A DNA stretch of 63,706 nt, filler included, from Choristocarpus tenellus KU-1152 (GCA_964200185.2; 10 parts of 10 records of this genome joined end to end with filler, not necessarily neighbours in it); one strand, 5' to 3'. Counted from the first letter of the whole stretch, positions 51,400 to 63,706 are shown. Program-made: numbers and translations. Notes: generated from the sequence alone by a model not told the origin.

Positions 51400-52200
51400 G
51401 GATGGGGAATAGGCGAAACAAGAGATCAAGAGAGCTGGCCACAGAGGGCTTGCAGAAGAGGGGATGCCACAAAACACGAGGGGGAGGGGAGGTAGAGGCC
51501 AACCAAAGATGATGCAAGGATCCACATAGCTGCAGTGACAAGGAAGCGGGACTTGGGTGCCACACGGAATGCTCAAGAGGTTAGGGAAGCTGATGCCAAA
51601 GAGCAAATGGAAAAATTCATGTTGGTCAGCTGAGAGGTGCTTTCTGAGGAGCAGGCACGTGTGCTGCTGATCCTGTATTACCAGTTTGTTATCTACAACC
51701 ATATGGGCCAAACTGAGGTTGCGGAGGGTGTCTGCCTAGGAGTGCCTGCCTAGCAGCAGGGGTGGGATACAATAAGGTTTTCTGCATCACGAAAATTTTG
51801 AAGGAAAAGGACAGATCTTTTGCACGTCTGGGGCTGAGAGGGGGGTTATTCAAGCAGACTCCGATAAGAGGTGCAGGGTCCATAAACCACAGGTCGACAA
51901 GATGGAGCTCTCTTCATCTCTACATGGGACTCATTGGGAAATATTAAATACAGCCTTCCGTTGGGATTTGGTGACCTGGGTAAGGACAAAGTTTGGGGCT
52001 GAACTTTCATTGAGGGGTCAGGGTGTCGTCCTGAAGCACTTGAACAACGTGTGGAGAAGGGTCGAGTCAAGATCCCACCTCTGACACAGGATAGGAAAGC
52101 GCGCATTTGCAGGTTCCTGGCAAAATACTGGGGGGTCCCTTAAGGAGGAAGTTGCAACGGGGAGAACCGTTGCTCAAGTGAGACATCAGGGAAGGCTGGG
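51400..52200 (+). mobile_element. Decayed DNA-transposon ORF (possibly IS630/Tc1-mariner-like N-terminal HTH region)
   Basis: Frameshifted GRGRPTK..LLILYYQFVIYNHMGQTEVA..AAGVGYNKVFCI..RGG..RKARICRFLAKY. Nucleotide homology to 57520-57902 on the minus strand. Cut by a MITE at 52252. Confidence 0.45.
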
Positions 52201-52251
52201 AGGTACGGTGACCGTAACTAGGATTGAATTGAGGTTGGAAGAAAACCAGCA

Positions 52252-52455
52252 GAGTGAAAGTATCTTAGAGGGTACAAATTTTGCCCAGTTTGTTCATTTG
52301 GGACTTGGCTTCCCATGGTATTTTTTGTAATGGCATTTTCCTACTCCAAGATGTTTCGGAGTAGGTAAAATGTGTATGTTATGAAAAGGTGTGTCTGGAA
52401 CAAGGATATTGACACTTCCTAACAAACACGATAGTCAAAATTACATTGAAATCGC
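52252..52455 (-). mobile_element. MITE, family A, truncated by the contig end
   Basis: GAGTGAAAGTATCTTAGAGGGTAC TIR and an interior collinear with 24179-24437. Confidence 0.85.
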
Positions 52456-53466
52456 NNNNNNNNNNNNNNNNNNNNNNNNNNNNNNNNNNNNNNNNNNNNT
52501 TAATTAATTAANNNNNNNNNNNNNNNNNNNNNNNNNNNNNNNNNNNNNNNNNNNNCCAAAAAGTCAGAGGGGGCCTTAAAAATCAGTGGTCCCCCCCCCC
52601 CCCCCCCTATAGACCACTTTGGCTCACCGACTCTTAAGACCAGGGCAATAATCAATCCTACCCCACGTTATCGGGCAAGGTATGAATCAATGTAAGAGTA
52701 GTGCACTCCAATAGCGTACTATATATACTATACTGGGGATAGTATTTTAGGGGTTGGTGTTTTCAGTACAGTGATGCTCTGTTCCTGAGGATATTTCACT
52801 GCGCAATGCCATGGGTGTAACTGCCACAAAGTTACACATGTGACTGTAACGGTTTCTGTGTTGTGCTCTGCCAGTACAGCTCCATAACTAGTACTGTACA
52901 GGGTTACACTTTAGCTGTAACAAAGTAAGAGAGACAAAAAAATCCTAACCCTAACCCTAAAATTTGATACGTGCTCCAAGCATACCATGTACACTATTGT
53001 AAAATATAGATGAGTGAGTGAGTATGTTCTAAAATAGCAACAGAGAATATAGCAACAGAGAATATCTTCTGAACAAGTAGCACAACGCCAATGCACATGC
53101 CATACTTCCTACCCTTGAGTACAGGATAAGGATAAGACACGATCCCGGCAATACCAACCAAAAACAATCAAATCTGCTCTCGCCAGTTGCTTGCTGAGAT
53201 CAAAGGAGCAGCATTTTCCTTCCCTACCACCACGAAACCAAGAGATGAATCTGTCCAGTACAAACCTCTACACGCTTTCAATCCAGTGCATCCCAGTCGA
53301 GTAACACATACACTATACGGCTAAGGAGCCTACAGACAGCTACAACACAGGTGACACCAAACAAAACTACAAAAAAGACACTTCCAGGTACTATGTGTAA
53401 GTACCTATTTCCAAGTGCAACAATCAGCAGAACTCTCCTCCCCCCCTCCCCCCCCTCCATTCTTAC

Positions 53467-55223
53467 CTTGAAATCATTTGAACCCGTTGCAACACGCCCC
53501 CCTGCACGATCCAATGCTAGAGCAGTGACGCCTTTTGTGTGACTGTTCAGCTTCACCTCATGCGAAACCGGTAACGACAGTCGGCGTATTACGTTCCTGA
53601 CACGCTGCCTTTCCTTCTCCTCCTCCCCCAGCTCCTCCTCCTCCTCCTCCTCCTCATCTACTTCGTCCTCATCACTGCCCCTGCCCTCCCCTTGTGCTTG
53701 ATGCCCCAGCTCACTGTTACTCAATCTCGTCTGCCCCCTACTACCGCTGGAGCCATGTCCGGACATACCTCCCCCTCTTTCCTCTCCTCTACCAAGGTCA
53801 CTTTCTTCCTGCTCAGTTGCTCGCAAACCTTCGCCAGGTGTAGCAGAGACGTTAACCTTAGCCTCTCTGTCTCGCATTAGGTCAGCTGTTATAGCTGCTA
53901 TCTCTGCCTCTCTTCTGCGCCGGGAATCCCCTACAGACTCTGGGAATACACCTCCCATGCCCCCCCTTCGGGTACTGGCATGAGGGTCATGGTCCACCCC
54001 CTTCCCTTCCCCCACCGCAGCACGCGCCGCAGGTGGGAGCTGGGGCGCACGGTCGGCCTTCTTCCCTAAGGGCTTGTCTCGGGTCGCTCCAAATGATAGG
54101 GGCAGCATCCCCGCTAGCATTGCCTGCCGCTCTGCCTCTTCTTCAACTGGGGTAGCGTTCCGATGTCCTTGTGGTAATTTTTTTCTTTTAGGTGATAGCC
54201 TTGGTGGAGGCATTCCCATATCCATCGTTATTGTCTTTTGTGCTTCAGTAGTTCCAAGGTTCGGGGTGAGGGTGATCATTTCTCCCGAGTTGAGAGCGTT
54301 TTTGATCCCGTTCGCCATAATCTCATCTTTGGCCTCTGTTGGTTGCAGGTGTAAGATGTACGACCTTTGTCAAGCACAAGCGTAAACGTGGGTGATTGAG
54401 GGGAGGGGAGGAGTTGCAATCTAAATTCTTGCCCGAGTTCACTGCTGTGAATATGCTGGAGGTGATAATCCAAGGGTATGACAAGAGAATCGGCAGGTGA
54501 AAAAGAGGCAAGGTTCGTGAGCATAAGTGCAACTACGAGACAGTAGTAGTCCACCAATGACACCAATCAAGCAGTTTGCATCCTGTGTTCATCGTTATGT
54601 CCTGTTGGGGTTCTCTGAGGCAAGCAAGACTAACAAAATGGACAGTGAGCTGGTCAGAAAGTACTGTTGGTGGTGATGCCGACTCAAGCTCCTCGGATCG
54701 TAACACATCCCTCCCCCTTACTCTTTCCGATCGAGATTTTCCTTCTCCTTCGTCTGCTCCTTCTGCCTTCCTTCCATACACCCTTCCCTCATCCTTGGTG
54801 AATATGACTCTATGTATCACATCGTCTTTCAACCACCAGGCCTCAGAATCGTAAAAATACGCACCTTGAACTCTCTCCAAACTTGAGAATTTCGCCTTCC
54901 TTTAGCCTCTTGGGCGCATTGGGCTGGATGCGAACGCCACTCACATAGGTACCATGCATAGAGCCAAGGTCGACAGCAAACACACCTCCGAGTCCATCAT
55001 GTACCACCGCCGCGTGTCGCCGTGAAATAGTCTGGTGGTCAAGAACCTCATGCGCCATGCGTGAATTTCGCCCTAGTATTGTCACATCGCGACTCCCCAA
55101 ACTCATGGTATCGATTCGAGAGCCACCTTTCATCACATCCAGACGGGCAGCACGAGTGTCGGCTGTGGGTGGCCCTTTAGGGATAGACAGCATCAACATG
55201 GAGGTGTCCACTTCTGAAGCCAT
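53467..55223 (-). CDS. FHA-domain protein spliced to a WDR70/Gad1-like WD40 protein, 5' part
   Basis: Exon 1 55223-54865 encodes an FHA domain (LGRN..DHQTISRRHAAV..DLGSMHGTYV..LKFGESSR). A GT-AG phase-2 intron leads to exon 2 54364-53467 (SYILHL..MLPLSFG..acidic tract..LPVSHEVKLNSHTKGVTALALDRAGGRVATGSNDFK), which resembles the start of the WDR70 propeller. Confidence 0.8.
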
Positions 55224-57389
55224 CACTGGCGAGGTGGTCCAACGGCACCGTGACCAGCACGAAGCCCCCAAGAGCAGAGAACTCTGGTAAAGAGACAACT
55301 TCAGACACACGCTCTACATTTATTTAGTGCTACTACTAAAATAAGTTTGTATAAAATGGTGGAGTGGTGTGGAAAGGTTTCCCTAACCCTAGACTATTCT
55401 GGTCCTAACTCAACGTACAGGTTGCAAATCAGTGTTACTAAGGATACCACCGACCTAAGCAAGATCTGCGGTCCCCTCCGTCGGTTGTCAACTGATTTTT
55501 TCCTGCTTTAGGAATGCAATTGCGCTTCGTTGCCTTTCTGGTATATCTGGAAACTAGTGTTCCGTCTCTACACCACATTCCCCTATTGGTCTGAAATCTG
55601 GGGTCGACAGAGTGATTTGCATTGGTCGTGGGGGCTCGTCGAACCCGCTAGGTATACTGAGCTCCCTTTTGAAGGACTCCTTGGAGGATTTGTGGAACTG
55701 ACGGACTGGGAGATGGTGATTCCCTATTCGAGGTAAACCCTCCACGAATGGATAGGATATAGTTAACTGCGAGGTGGGGCTGCCTCTGAACCTGATCCCG
55801 TAAGGCCTCATGTTCTTCCTACCTTATTTTCTTCCTTGATATTTTCTCCTTCTGCCTTAATACCTCAAGGCCAGTGGTCTGGTATTGCACCGCCCCAGGT
55901 TTTGTAGCGGCTCTCACAATTTCCCCTTTCCTCCATCCTCAACAAAAGTGTCCAGAGACGTGTGAGGCACATGCCACACACACCTGTGATCCTGGACCAT
56001 CCCCCAACACCCCATCTGGTGGCACTGAGTAGGTGGAGTGCTGCCCTCGCAGAACTACAATCGAGGTTCACACTCGAGGGATGTGAGGCAGATGAAGCAA
56101 TGCTGTGCCATAATGCTGTACAATCATAGTGATAGGTAAACATGCCAATGACGCCTCAACTCCAACCCAAAAGCAAGGGATAGGTATGGAGGGGCTGGGC
56201 GGCTCACTTCCTCACAGGGGCAGACATCTTGAAGGGATGCAAACAGTTTTCTTGGTGCGATAGTGTTCACCAGAGTGGGAATTGGGTGGGAAACCTCATA
56301 AGACGGGAGGGTTATCACCTTGAGTGGAATACGTGTTCAACGGCTGTATGAAAGAGCCTCCCAGGGGAGGCAAAGGCAGTGATGTAACCTCCTTCACCGG
56401 TGAGACAGGCTCTTGGGAAGACCATCTCATTAAAGTGTATTCCTGTTCAGGTTTTGTCATATAGTGCAGTTTATGGGGCTGCATCATTCACCATTTCAGT
56501 ATTGCATGCATTCTTGTTACAACTCCCACATGCCTCCTACCACTTCAAAGATATGTGCATGCATAAACAGATGCTTGCAAGTGCCCTCACACAATTCTTT
56601 GGTGGCCGACACCCTCAGGTACTCTTGGAATCCTTGCCCCTCCACTCCACCACTGGTTTGCCATTTTTTTGTATCCCTGAGTTTTGAAGAGAGATAAAGG
56701 TACTCTGATGAAAAATTCAGGTTTGATTGATGTTCTCTGCTTCTTAAATTGTGTTCTTACACGTCAAAATATTTGAGTGAAGAGAAGGATACAAGTTGAA
56801 TGATGTCATGCTAGTGAGTGCTTGTCATGCTCCGATTTTGTCTATCACTTCCCAATAAGCCATGACCACACAGATTTTCGTGACGCATGACAAAGATCAG
56901 TGCACCCCTTATCATAGACAAGTGTAGGTTGCTGTGTTGGGTGGTACAGATATGTTACTGGACCATCTGATATCCTAACACCCTTTTAATTCTAATCCAA
57001 AACCTATTCTCAGCCCTATTGTATACAGAGTATACTTTAAAGGAAGAGGAAAATCTTTTACTTAGAATTGTTGCTCAAATTGTATGGTAGTTTACCTTTT
57101 CATTTTGTTTCCATCGGAGTTGCTTGGCGATATGTTAGCAAAACAGGAATGGGTAATTGAGTGAAGAAGCTGGAAGGTAGCATTAACTACAGGAAGTACC
57201 TGTATACTGATCCATCAGGCTTGGAATACTCTGAGAGTACTTGGGTTACTCCAAGTGTTTCTGGGTCGTCCTTTGATATTGATTAATATGTTACATGCTC
57301 AAATTTGTGAGCTTTGACACTGTCATTGTTATCATCTTCCATCATGAGTTCCACCTCATAATCCTCATGCAATATCCCATCTGATCCCC

Positions 57390-57902
57390 CCTTTACACCA
57401 TCTGTCTCACTAACTCGTAACTCCATTTTTTCAGCTCATCCTGAACATTCTTCAGGTTGAATATATCTCCCTCCAATATCTTGTCCTCTGTCTTTTCATC
57501 TCTTGAGGGTGTGGTTGAAGGAGCTTGCACCTCTTGTCGGTGTCCACTTGAACAATCCTCTCGCAGCACCAGAGGTGCAAAATCTCCCCTTTCTCCTTCC
57601 AAGTTGTCATGATGCAGAAAACCTTGTCGTATCCCACTCCTGCTGCCAGGCGGACAGACCCCACCACCTCAGTTTGGTCCATGTGGTTGTAGAAAATAAA
57701 CCAATTGTGCAGAATCATCACTAAACGTGATGCCCCTCAGAAAGCACTTCTCCAATTGTCCAACTCAATCAAGTTCCTCTATTTGGCTCGGCGCCAACTT
57801 CCCTAACCTCTTGAGCATTTCGCCTGGCGGCATTCAAGTCTCACTTCCTTGTTGTTGCAGCCCATGCAGGTCCTTGCCTTACCTTTGGTTTGCCTCCCCC
57901 TC
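57390..57902 (-). mobile_element. Second decayed copy of the 51400-52200 transposon family
   Basis: YNHMDQTEV..RLAAGVGYDKVFCI..WKEKG. Shared blocks such as AATGCTCAAGAGGTTAGGGAAG and AAGGTTTTCTGCATCA. Confidence 0.5.
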
Positions 57903-58203
57903 NNNNNNNNNNNNNNNNNNNNNNNNNNNNNNNNNNNNNNNNNNNNTTAATTAATTAANNNNNNNNNNNNNNNNNNNNNNNNNNNNNNNNNNNNNNNNNN
58001 NNCTTACACAGCGTTCCCGTCGGTCGTGAGCAAGTGGCAGGGTGGGTGGGCGGGAGAGCTTGACCGGAGGTTGTCTTGTCTCACCCTCCTCGTCCTGTAT
58101 CCCTGGTTCTCAGCCCTCTTATTAAATACTGAGCACTCCACACAAACCTGCTTGTCAAAGAAAGAGAGGCTGCGATCTGGCCTTTCTCTCCTATCAACCC
58201 CAT

Positions 58204-59122
58204 TGTTGAAACCTGAATCGAATGCATCTTACACGTAAACAAAATGTAGACTACTAGCGATGAGGAATCATGGTGTTGCAAAGCACCGATGAGTAAAATG
58301 CGTAGTGTTATGGATAGATGTGATTGTGCTGCGAAGCACTCATGTGTTTATTCTGTTGTAACCGAGATATTGATCTCTCAGTCAAGAATGATGCGATGTG
58401 AATTCAGTTTCTTGGTTGCTCAATCCAGAATGATATGATGAGAGACCCAAAGTATCTGGGGGGGGGTCTGCACGAGGGTGTCCATTTGGTCCATAACCAG
58501 GAAAAGTACACTTACATTATCCATCCGATGTATGCAACCCAAATCACACAAAAATCGCGACATAAAAAAATTGACCCCAAAAGGACAGCCACCACCCCCC
58601 CCAGACACTTCAAACCAGAATTCAATGTTCTTTCATGAGATACTCAACGAAAGAAGTCCATGCTCTGTGGAGAGGCTTGTTACCTTGACTGGCAAGGGTT
58701 TCCGCGGATGGTTTTAACTCTGATTATATTACATCTATGTGTGCGTTTGGTACACTTTTTGCAGAGTGAGCTTGGTGCACTGTGAGAGATGAATGGCAGC
58801 CATGAAAGAAATGATAATCAACAATCAACGTACAACTGTCATCTTCTGTTGATAAGAAGAAAGAGCGAAAGAAAAACAAACAAGAGAACAAGAGAACAAA
58901 CTTGAATCAATATGTGATGCAACTCAAGCGACATATACTATTCCTGCGCATGGAACACGGAGCGACTGTTCTGTACTACGGTATTCTGATGGTAATTGAT
59001 GTGGTGATGATGAACTTGTGGCAGTAACATCCAGAACGTAGCAGACCAATCAACAGTCAGTGTTGACTGGTGGGATTGCATCCTATCAACGAACAAACAG
59101 ATGAGTAGCCTATGTTTTAACA
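58204..59122 (-). mobile_element. Copy of the Copia-like LTR interrupted by a MITE
   Basis: Collinear with 810-1569 from TGTTGAAAC to GTTTTAACA. No intact TSD is visible. Confidence 0.85.
58444..58616 (+). mobile_element. MITE, family B (173 bp), nested in the LTR
   Basis: TIRs GACCCAAAGTATCTGGGGG ... CCCCCAGACACTTCAAACC. 3-bp TSD AGA. The empty site (GATGTGAATTC) is present in the 810-1569 copy near 1052-1062. Confidence 0.85.
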
Positions 59123-61148
59123 TTGTCACCCAGTTGCAGGGAAACACATTTCGGGGAGGTGCAGCGTCCGACGTTACCCACTTTGCAACATAAAAAATAT
59201 CATATCCTCCATCCATCCTTCCTTAAGAAGCAATACAACAACAGCAACAATAAGAAATCTCATTTTATTAGTAAGGATACTAGTATATTGGTATCATTAT
59301 AGTGCATTTTCTAGGGTCAGTATTTATAACAAGCCCAACCGCCCACCTTCAAGGTCAGTCACTAACACGCTACAAAGGCTGAGGTTGCAGGTGGTAATGA
59401 AACCTAGGGCTACCGAACGTTCCCTGAGCTAGCCCGGTCTACTTATTTGTAGATGAAGCCATTGATAGCGATCCCTTTTCCTTTCCAAGCATCATCTAGA
59501 TAAAAATCATACATCAATAAAAAAATAATACATTCGTGGTATTATGTTGCTCATGACAGGGATAAGTATATGTTTACTGTGAAGTACAGAGAGGGCTTTG
59601 TTCTATTTGGTAATAATTGCTTCAAATTCCTCAGTTAAGATTAAACACACGTACCTATATACAGAATGCTCGATAGCCTCCACAGAGGTAAGATTACCCA
59701 CTGTTTGCAGTCTAAAAACAGCCAACTAAAAGTACAACACCGAATGGCTTCCATGCTCTGAGAACAGGACAAAACTGGGGAAGAAACACGACCAAACGAC
59801 TACGAATGCATTACTCTAACATAATATAAAAACGGCAAAATGCATGTGTGAATTGTGTCTGTCTTTCAACGAATAGGCGCAGACTCTGTCTGCTAGGAAG
59901 ACCCAACACCTAGCACTATCACAGAAGCTGAAACTTCAATCAAAACATAGAACGACAGTTACGATTGATCGATCCGCACGTATACACACACACAGCTTTC
60001 GAAGAAGATGTATCCCGTTCAAAGTGTGTCCTCAATGACCCTGTACTGCATTGCCCCACGTCTGTTAGCTTGCTATGAGGACAACAACATAACAACAGGT
60101 AGTTGTTTAACCTGACATCCGTCCTGTGAAGGCCACCAAACTATGAATCAGACTCACAACAACAAAAAACAGTAAGAAAATAATTCAGATTCGTACGGAA
60201 AAGGATTGGAAGGACGTACGTGTATGCGCCAATAAGCAAAAACATCTCGACTTGGATGGATGGGTGAAAACACCACAACGACCCAGTATCACTTACCATA
60301 GCAGAGATGAGTACAGTACAAAAAACGTGAACAAGAACATTTGCACTCTTCTTATTAACCACGATACATTTTTATTTGCAATTTCCCCTAATCAGTACAG
60401 ATTTTACACAGCTTGCCAGGTACACACACACACACACACACACACATGCATGTCAAGCTAGTAGCTAATGCAAACCATCTCTCATCCAGGCAAGGCAAGG
60501 TAAGGCAAGGCAAGCACTACTACACACACATAGATATATCTTCTTCATATGAAGATTAATGCAGAATGTGTGGGAGGTAGATCGATTGCAGGGACTGCCT
60601 GGGTACCTGGCTGAACAGCGCAATGGCCAATATCCCCCCCATCCCAAATACACGTCATTTCCACTAACAAACAGCCCTTTCCGCGCCCACAAGGAGAACT
60701 CTCAACCCTCAACACATCACTACTGGGGAGAAACTGTGCTCCTAAGAGGTGACTCCCCCCATTCATGACTCCAAAGTATCCGGGAGGNNNNNNNNNNNNN
60801 NNNNNNNNNNNNNNNNNNNNNNNNNNNNNNNTTAATTAATTAANNNNNNNNNNNNNNNNNNNNNNNNNNNNNNNNNNNNNNNNNNNNTTTCCCTACCCTT
60901 CGCTCTTCCTTTCTCCTTTTTTTTTTTTTTTTTTGAAACTACATCGAGTGACTCTTTTTTTTTTTTTTTTTGTGAAACAATTTTAACCCTCACTTCTCCA
61001 CATAAGCTCACTATTGCACCAAAAGTACAAGTACTTGCCCTCAAAACGACCCCTTCCACTACAGCAAGACACTCTGTAGTACTACGTAGCACTACATAGC
61101 ACTACAGAATTCAAACATCCACATACATTACAATCAAGCCATGGTCAC

Positions 61149-62377
61149 CTTTATGAAGGGCATAATCTCGGGAAGGGCGTGCGACACATCCTGTGGGGCA
61201 AACATGGCCAGTAGCTCTACCACCTCCAAGCACCTGCCATGGTTGAAAGACATGATCACCATCATGATCGATATTACTGTGACAATTATCATCCTATATC
61301 ACCCCCAAGATTGTCCATTGTCCATTTCCCAAATCATATATTGATGTTGGTACTGAACACCCTCCTCCTCAGCAAATCAGGCACCCTAATCCTAATCCTA
61401 ATCCTAACCCTAACCCTACATCACACGATCAATACCATTTCCCATCACATCCAACACGCCTTCCACACACCCTTTGTACCAACCTCAAGGTACTACCAAC
61501 TGCAGCAAAAGAGTTAAGAAATGGCACAAAAGCACAACTTCAAACGCCTCAAATTTTCCAACAAAAACAAACGTACCCTTGTGTAACCCTGCAGTCAGGC
61601 TGTCTCTTCAGCACTCCCCACATGGCAAGGAAACGCCTCACCAAGGTCCTGGAAGGTCGCAACGCCTGGCAATGCACCGACAACACCTCATTCACCCATC
61701 ACATCAAGTTAAGTCAACCTTTACCTACCAATAAAGACTAGAGTTAAGTCAACATCTACCTACCAATAGAGACTAAAGTACAGTCAACATCTACCTACCA
61801 ATAGAGACTAAAGTACAGTCAGCACCTACCTACCAATAGAGACTAAAGTTAAGTCAACACTAACACCTTAAAGGGTAGGGTTCACCTCAAGTAGACCACA
61901 GTATAGCTCATCCATGTATCATCTCTTTATCATGGACAACCTAACTGTGACAACATAGAAATTATATCAATTAAATTACCCTAACCCTAACCCCCTAACT
62001 CATGTCGACTACACCAAATTTCTAGACCAAGATCCCTTGAAAACATGTCACCACAAACCATAGCATCTCTTTAGTATTGTCTGTGGTGTGCCTGCGTGAG
62101 TGTGACCAAATGTAAAAAATCAACATATGCCACCATAGGCCGCCCTTGTTTCCCTCTTGGCATAACAAACTAATAAACAAACTAAAAGAAACACATAATA
62201 CATAATACATACAGATATCATACATACATACCTGAAGCACTGGCAAAAGCATTGACAGAAGCTTTGCCAGGACAACGGCAAGGCCTGGTTCAGCTGCTGC
62301 AGAAGCCTGAGCCTCTTTCACCAGGACCGAGCCTGGGACTGCTGAGGAGGAGACTGGCGACGGTGATCCTGATATTG
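61149..62377 (-). CDS. HEAT-repeat protein, probably HEATR5/Laa1/SWEETIE-like, internal exons
   Basis: Phase-consistent exons 62377-62232, 61665-61577 and 61233-61149 give LAKLLSMLLPVLQ|ALRPSRTLVRRFLAMWGVLKRQPDCRVTQG|CLEVVELLAMFAPQDVSHALPEIMPFIK. This resembles the HEATR5 segment CLQQLHMFAP as recalled from memory. Confidence 0.6.
61706..61860. repeat. Minisatellite, ~36-bp unit x4
   Basis: AGTCAACATCTACCTACCAATAGAGACTAAAGT(AC/TA) repeated. Confidence 0.88.
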
Positions 62378-62683
62378 CTGACAAAGATAGGGTATACCAA
62401 CAAGGTCAGGGATAGGGTATACCCTTGCTACGGGCATTAGGGTTAGGGCTAGGGTATACAAGAGTACAGAGAGACATAGTTAGACATGGATACAGTTAGA
62501 CCTAGTTAGACCTAGATAGACCCTGAACCGGACCCTACCAGTTGATTGTTTTTCTTGTCCCTTTGTAAAAATAAACAAATAAAAAAGAACACTGACTACA
62601 TGTTACCGCTAGAATAAACTAGGAAAATCACAAAACGGGTCAAGGGGAGCTGATGGAGGGCATGGGAGGACATGGTGCTCACT

Positions 62684-62812
62684 GTTTAACTCTTATAGAC
62701 ATACATTTAACACTTAGATATACATTTAACTCTTAGACATACATTTAACACTTAGATATACATTTAACTCTTAGACATACACTTAGCTCTTAGATATACA
62801 TTTAACTCTTAT
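62684..62812. repeat. Minisatellite, ~19-bp unit x6
   Basis: TACATTTAAC(T/A)CTTAGA(C/T)A repeated. Confidence 0.88.
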
Positions 62813-63010
62813 ACCAACTGACACAATAAATATGGTATTGTACATACAGAGCCTCTTCTGTACCATTGATGCCACCAGAGTGGTGCCATGGTTATGCTGT
62901 AATGCAGTTAAATCAATGTTGGCCTTGATGGGGTTCAGAAAGCGTTACGCATGCATGTATGTACTTATGATACACCTATCCATACTCCAGAAACACAATG
63001 TGTGAAATCA

Positions 63011-63420
63011 ACCTAACCCTAACCCTAACCCATACGATACACAGAGAACTACTATTTCTTACACCCTAACCCCAAGTTCTTCACCAAAATACCCTAACCC
63101 TAACCCTAATCCACACGATACACAGAGAACTACTATATCTTACACCCTAACCCCAAGTTCTTCACCAAAATACCCTAACCCTAACCCTAATCCACATGAT
63201 ACACAGAGAACTACTATTTCTTACACCCTAACCCCAAATTCTTCACCAAAATACCCTAACCCTAACCCACACGATACACAGAGAACTACTATATCTTACA
63301 CCCTAACCCCAAGTTCTTCACCAAAATACCCTAACCCTAACCCACATGATACACAGAGAACTACTATTTCTTACACCCTAACCCCAAATTCTTCACCAAA
63401 ATACCCTAACCCTAACCCTC
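63011..63420. repeat. Satellite of ~75-81-bp units x5 containing CCCTAA telomeric motifs
   Basis: CCCTAACCCTAACC..CA(C/T)GATACACAGAGAACTACTAT(A/T)TCTTACACCCTAACCCCAA(G/A)TTCTTCACCAAAATA repeated. Confidence 0.92.
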
Positions 63421-63706
63421 CTAAAAACCTGCATCACACATGACATATGTATGACACATCAAACATGACACATGACAAGGACATGGCCCATCAACAAACA
63501 ACGAACAACAATCACCAATCAACAAACAATAATCAACAATCAACAATCAACACACACATTCCTAAAGCCCTAACCCTAACCCTAACACCTCAAAAAAATA
63601 AATAAAAATCAAGTGAAGTCTCAAGCTTCAGTGGGGATCAATCCTCCATATTGTGGTGATACTCCTTCACCACACCATAGGGTCAAAAGTATCTGGGGGG
63701 AGGGGG

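Noticed and set aside
54533-54880. 115-aa minus-strand ORF between the FHA and WD40 exons
   Set aside because: It lies within the inferred GT-AG intron 54864-54365, and the flanking exons join in frame without it.
63011-63420. CRISPR-like array (also considered at 3521-3678, 35156-35266, 61706-61860)
   Set aside because: Whole units repeat with no unique spacers; these are ordinary minisatellites in a eukaryotic context.
63567-63706. True chromosome end
   Set aside because: CCCTAA tracts are short and interstitial, and the window ends in a MITE terminus.

Overview
Eukaryotic, intron-rich genomic DNA, most consistent with a stramenopile and probably a brown alga. This is inferred from the GT48 glucan synthase, outer-arm dynein, four-domain cation channel, (TTAGGG)n repeats and repeat families. 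The window is not contiguous: ten short contigs (about 1-2776, 2877-6908, 7009-24006, 24106-30756, 30857-36037, 36138-47185, 47286-52455, 52556-57902, 58003-60787, 60888-63706) are joined by artificial N-TTAATTAATTAA-N linkers, so adjacency across linkers means nothing. Partial spliced genes with phase-consistent exons: 1,3-beta-glucan (callose) synthase, a secreted protein of unknown function, axonemal dynein heavy chain (AAA2-AAA3), a voltage-gated Ca/Na channel (domains II-IV), an FHA + WDR70-like protein and a HEATR5-like protein. The rest is mostly mobile DNA: a Copia-type LTR family (solo LTR with 5-bp TSD), a decayed Ty3/Gypsy pol, a prolific MITE family with 3-bp TSDs, transposase remnants and minisatellites. 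The two most notable observations are (i) a spliced kinase-fold gene lacking all three catalytic motifs, bracketed by ~950-bp inverted repeats next to a MULE-like remnant, and (ii) strand-biased telomeric repeats lying on splice donors and branch-point regions. No rRNA, tRNA or CRISPR array could be supported. All calls come from reading the sequence by eye; no searches were run.
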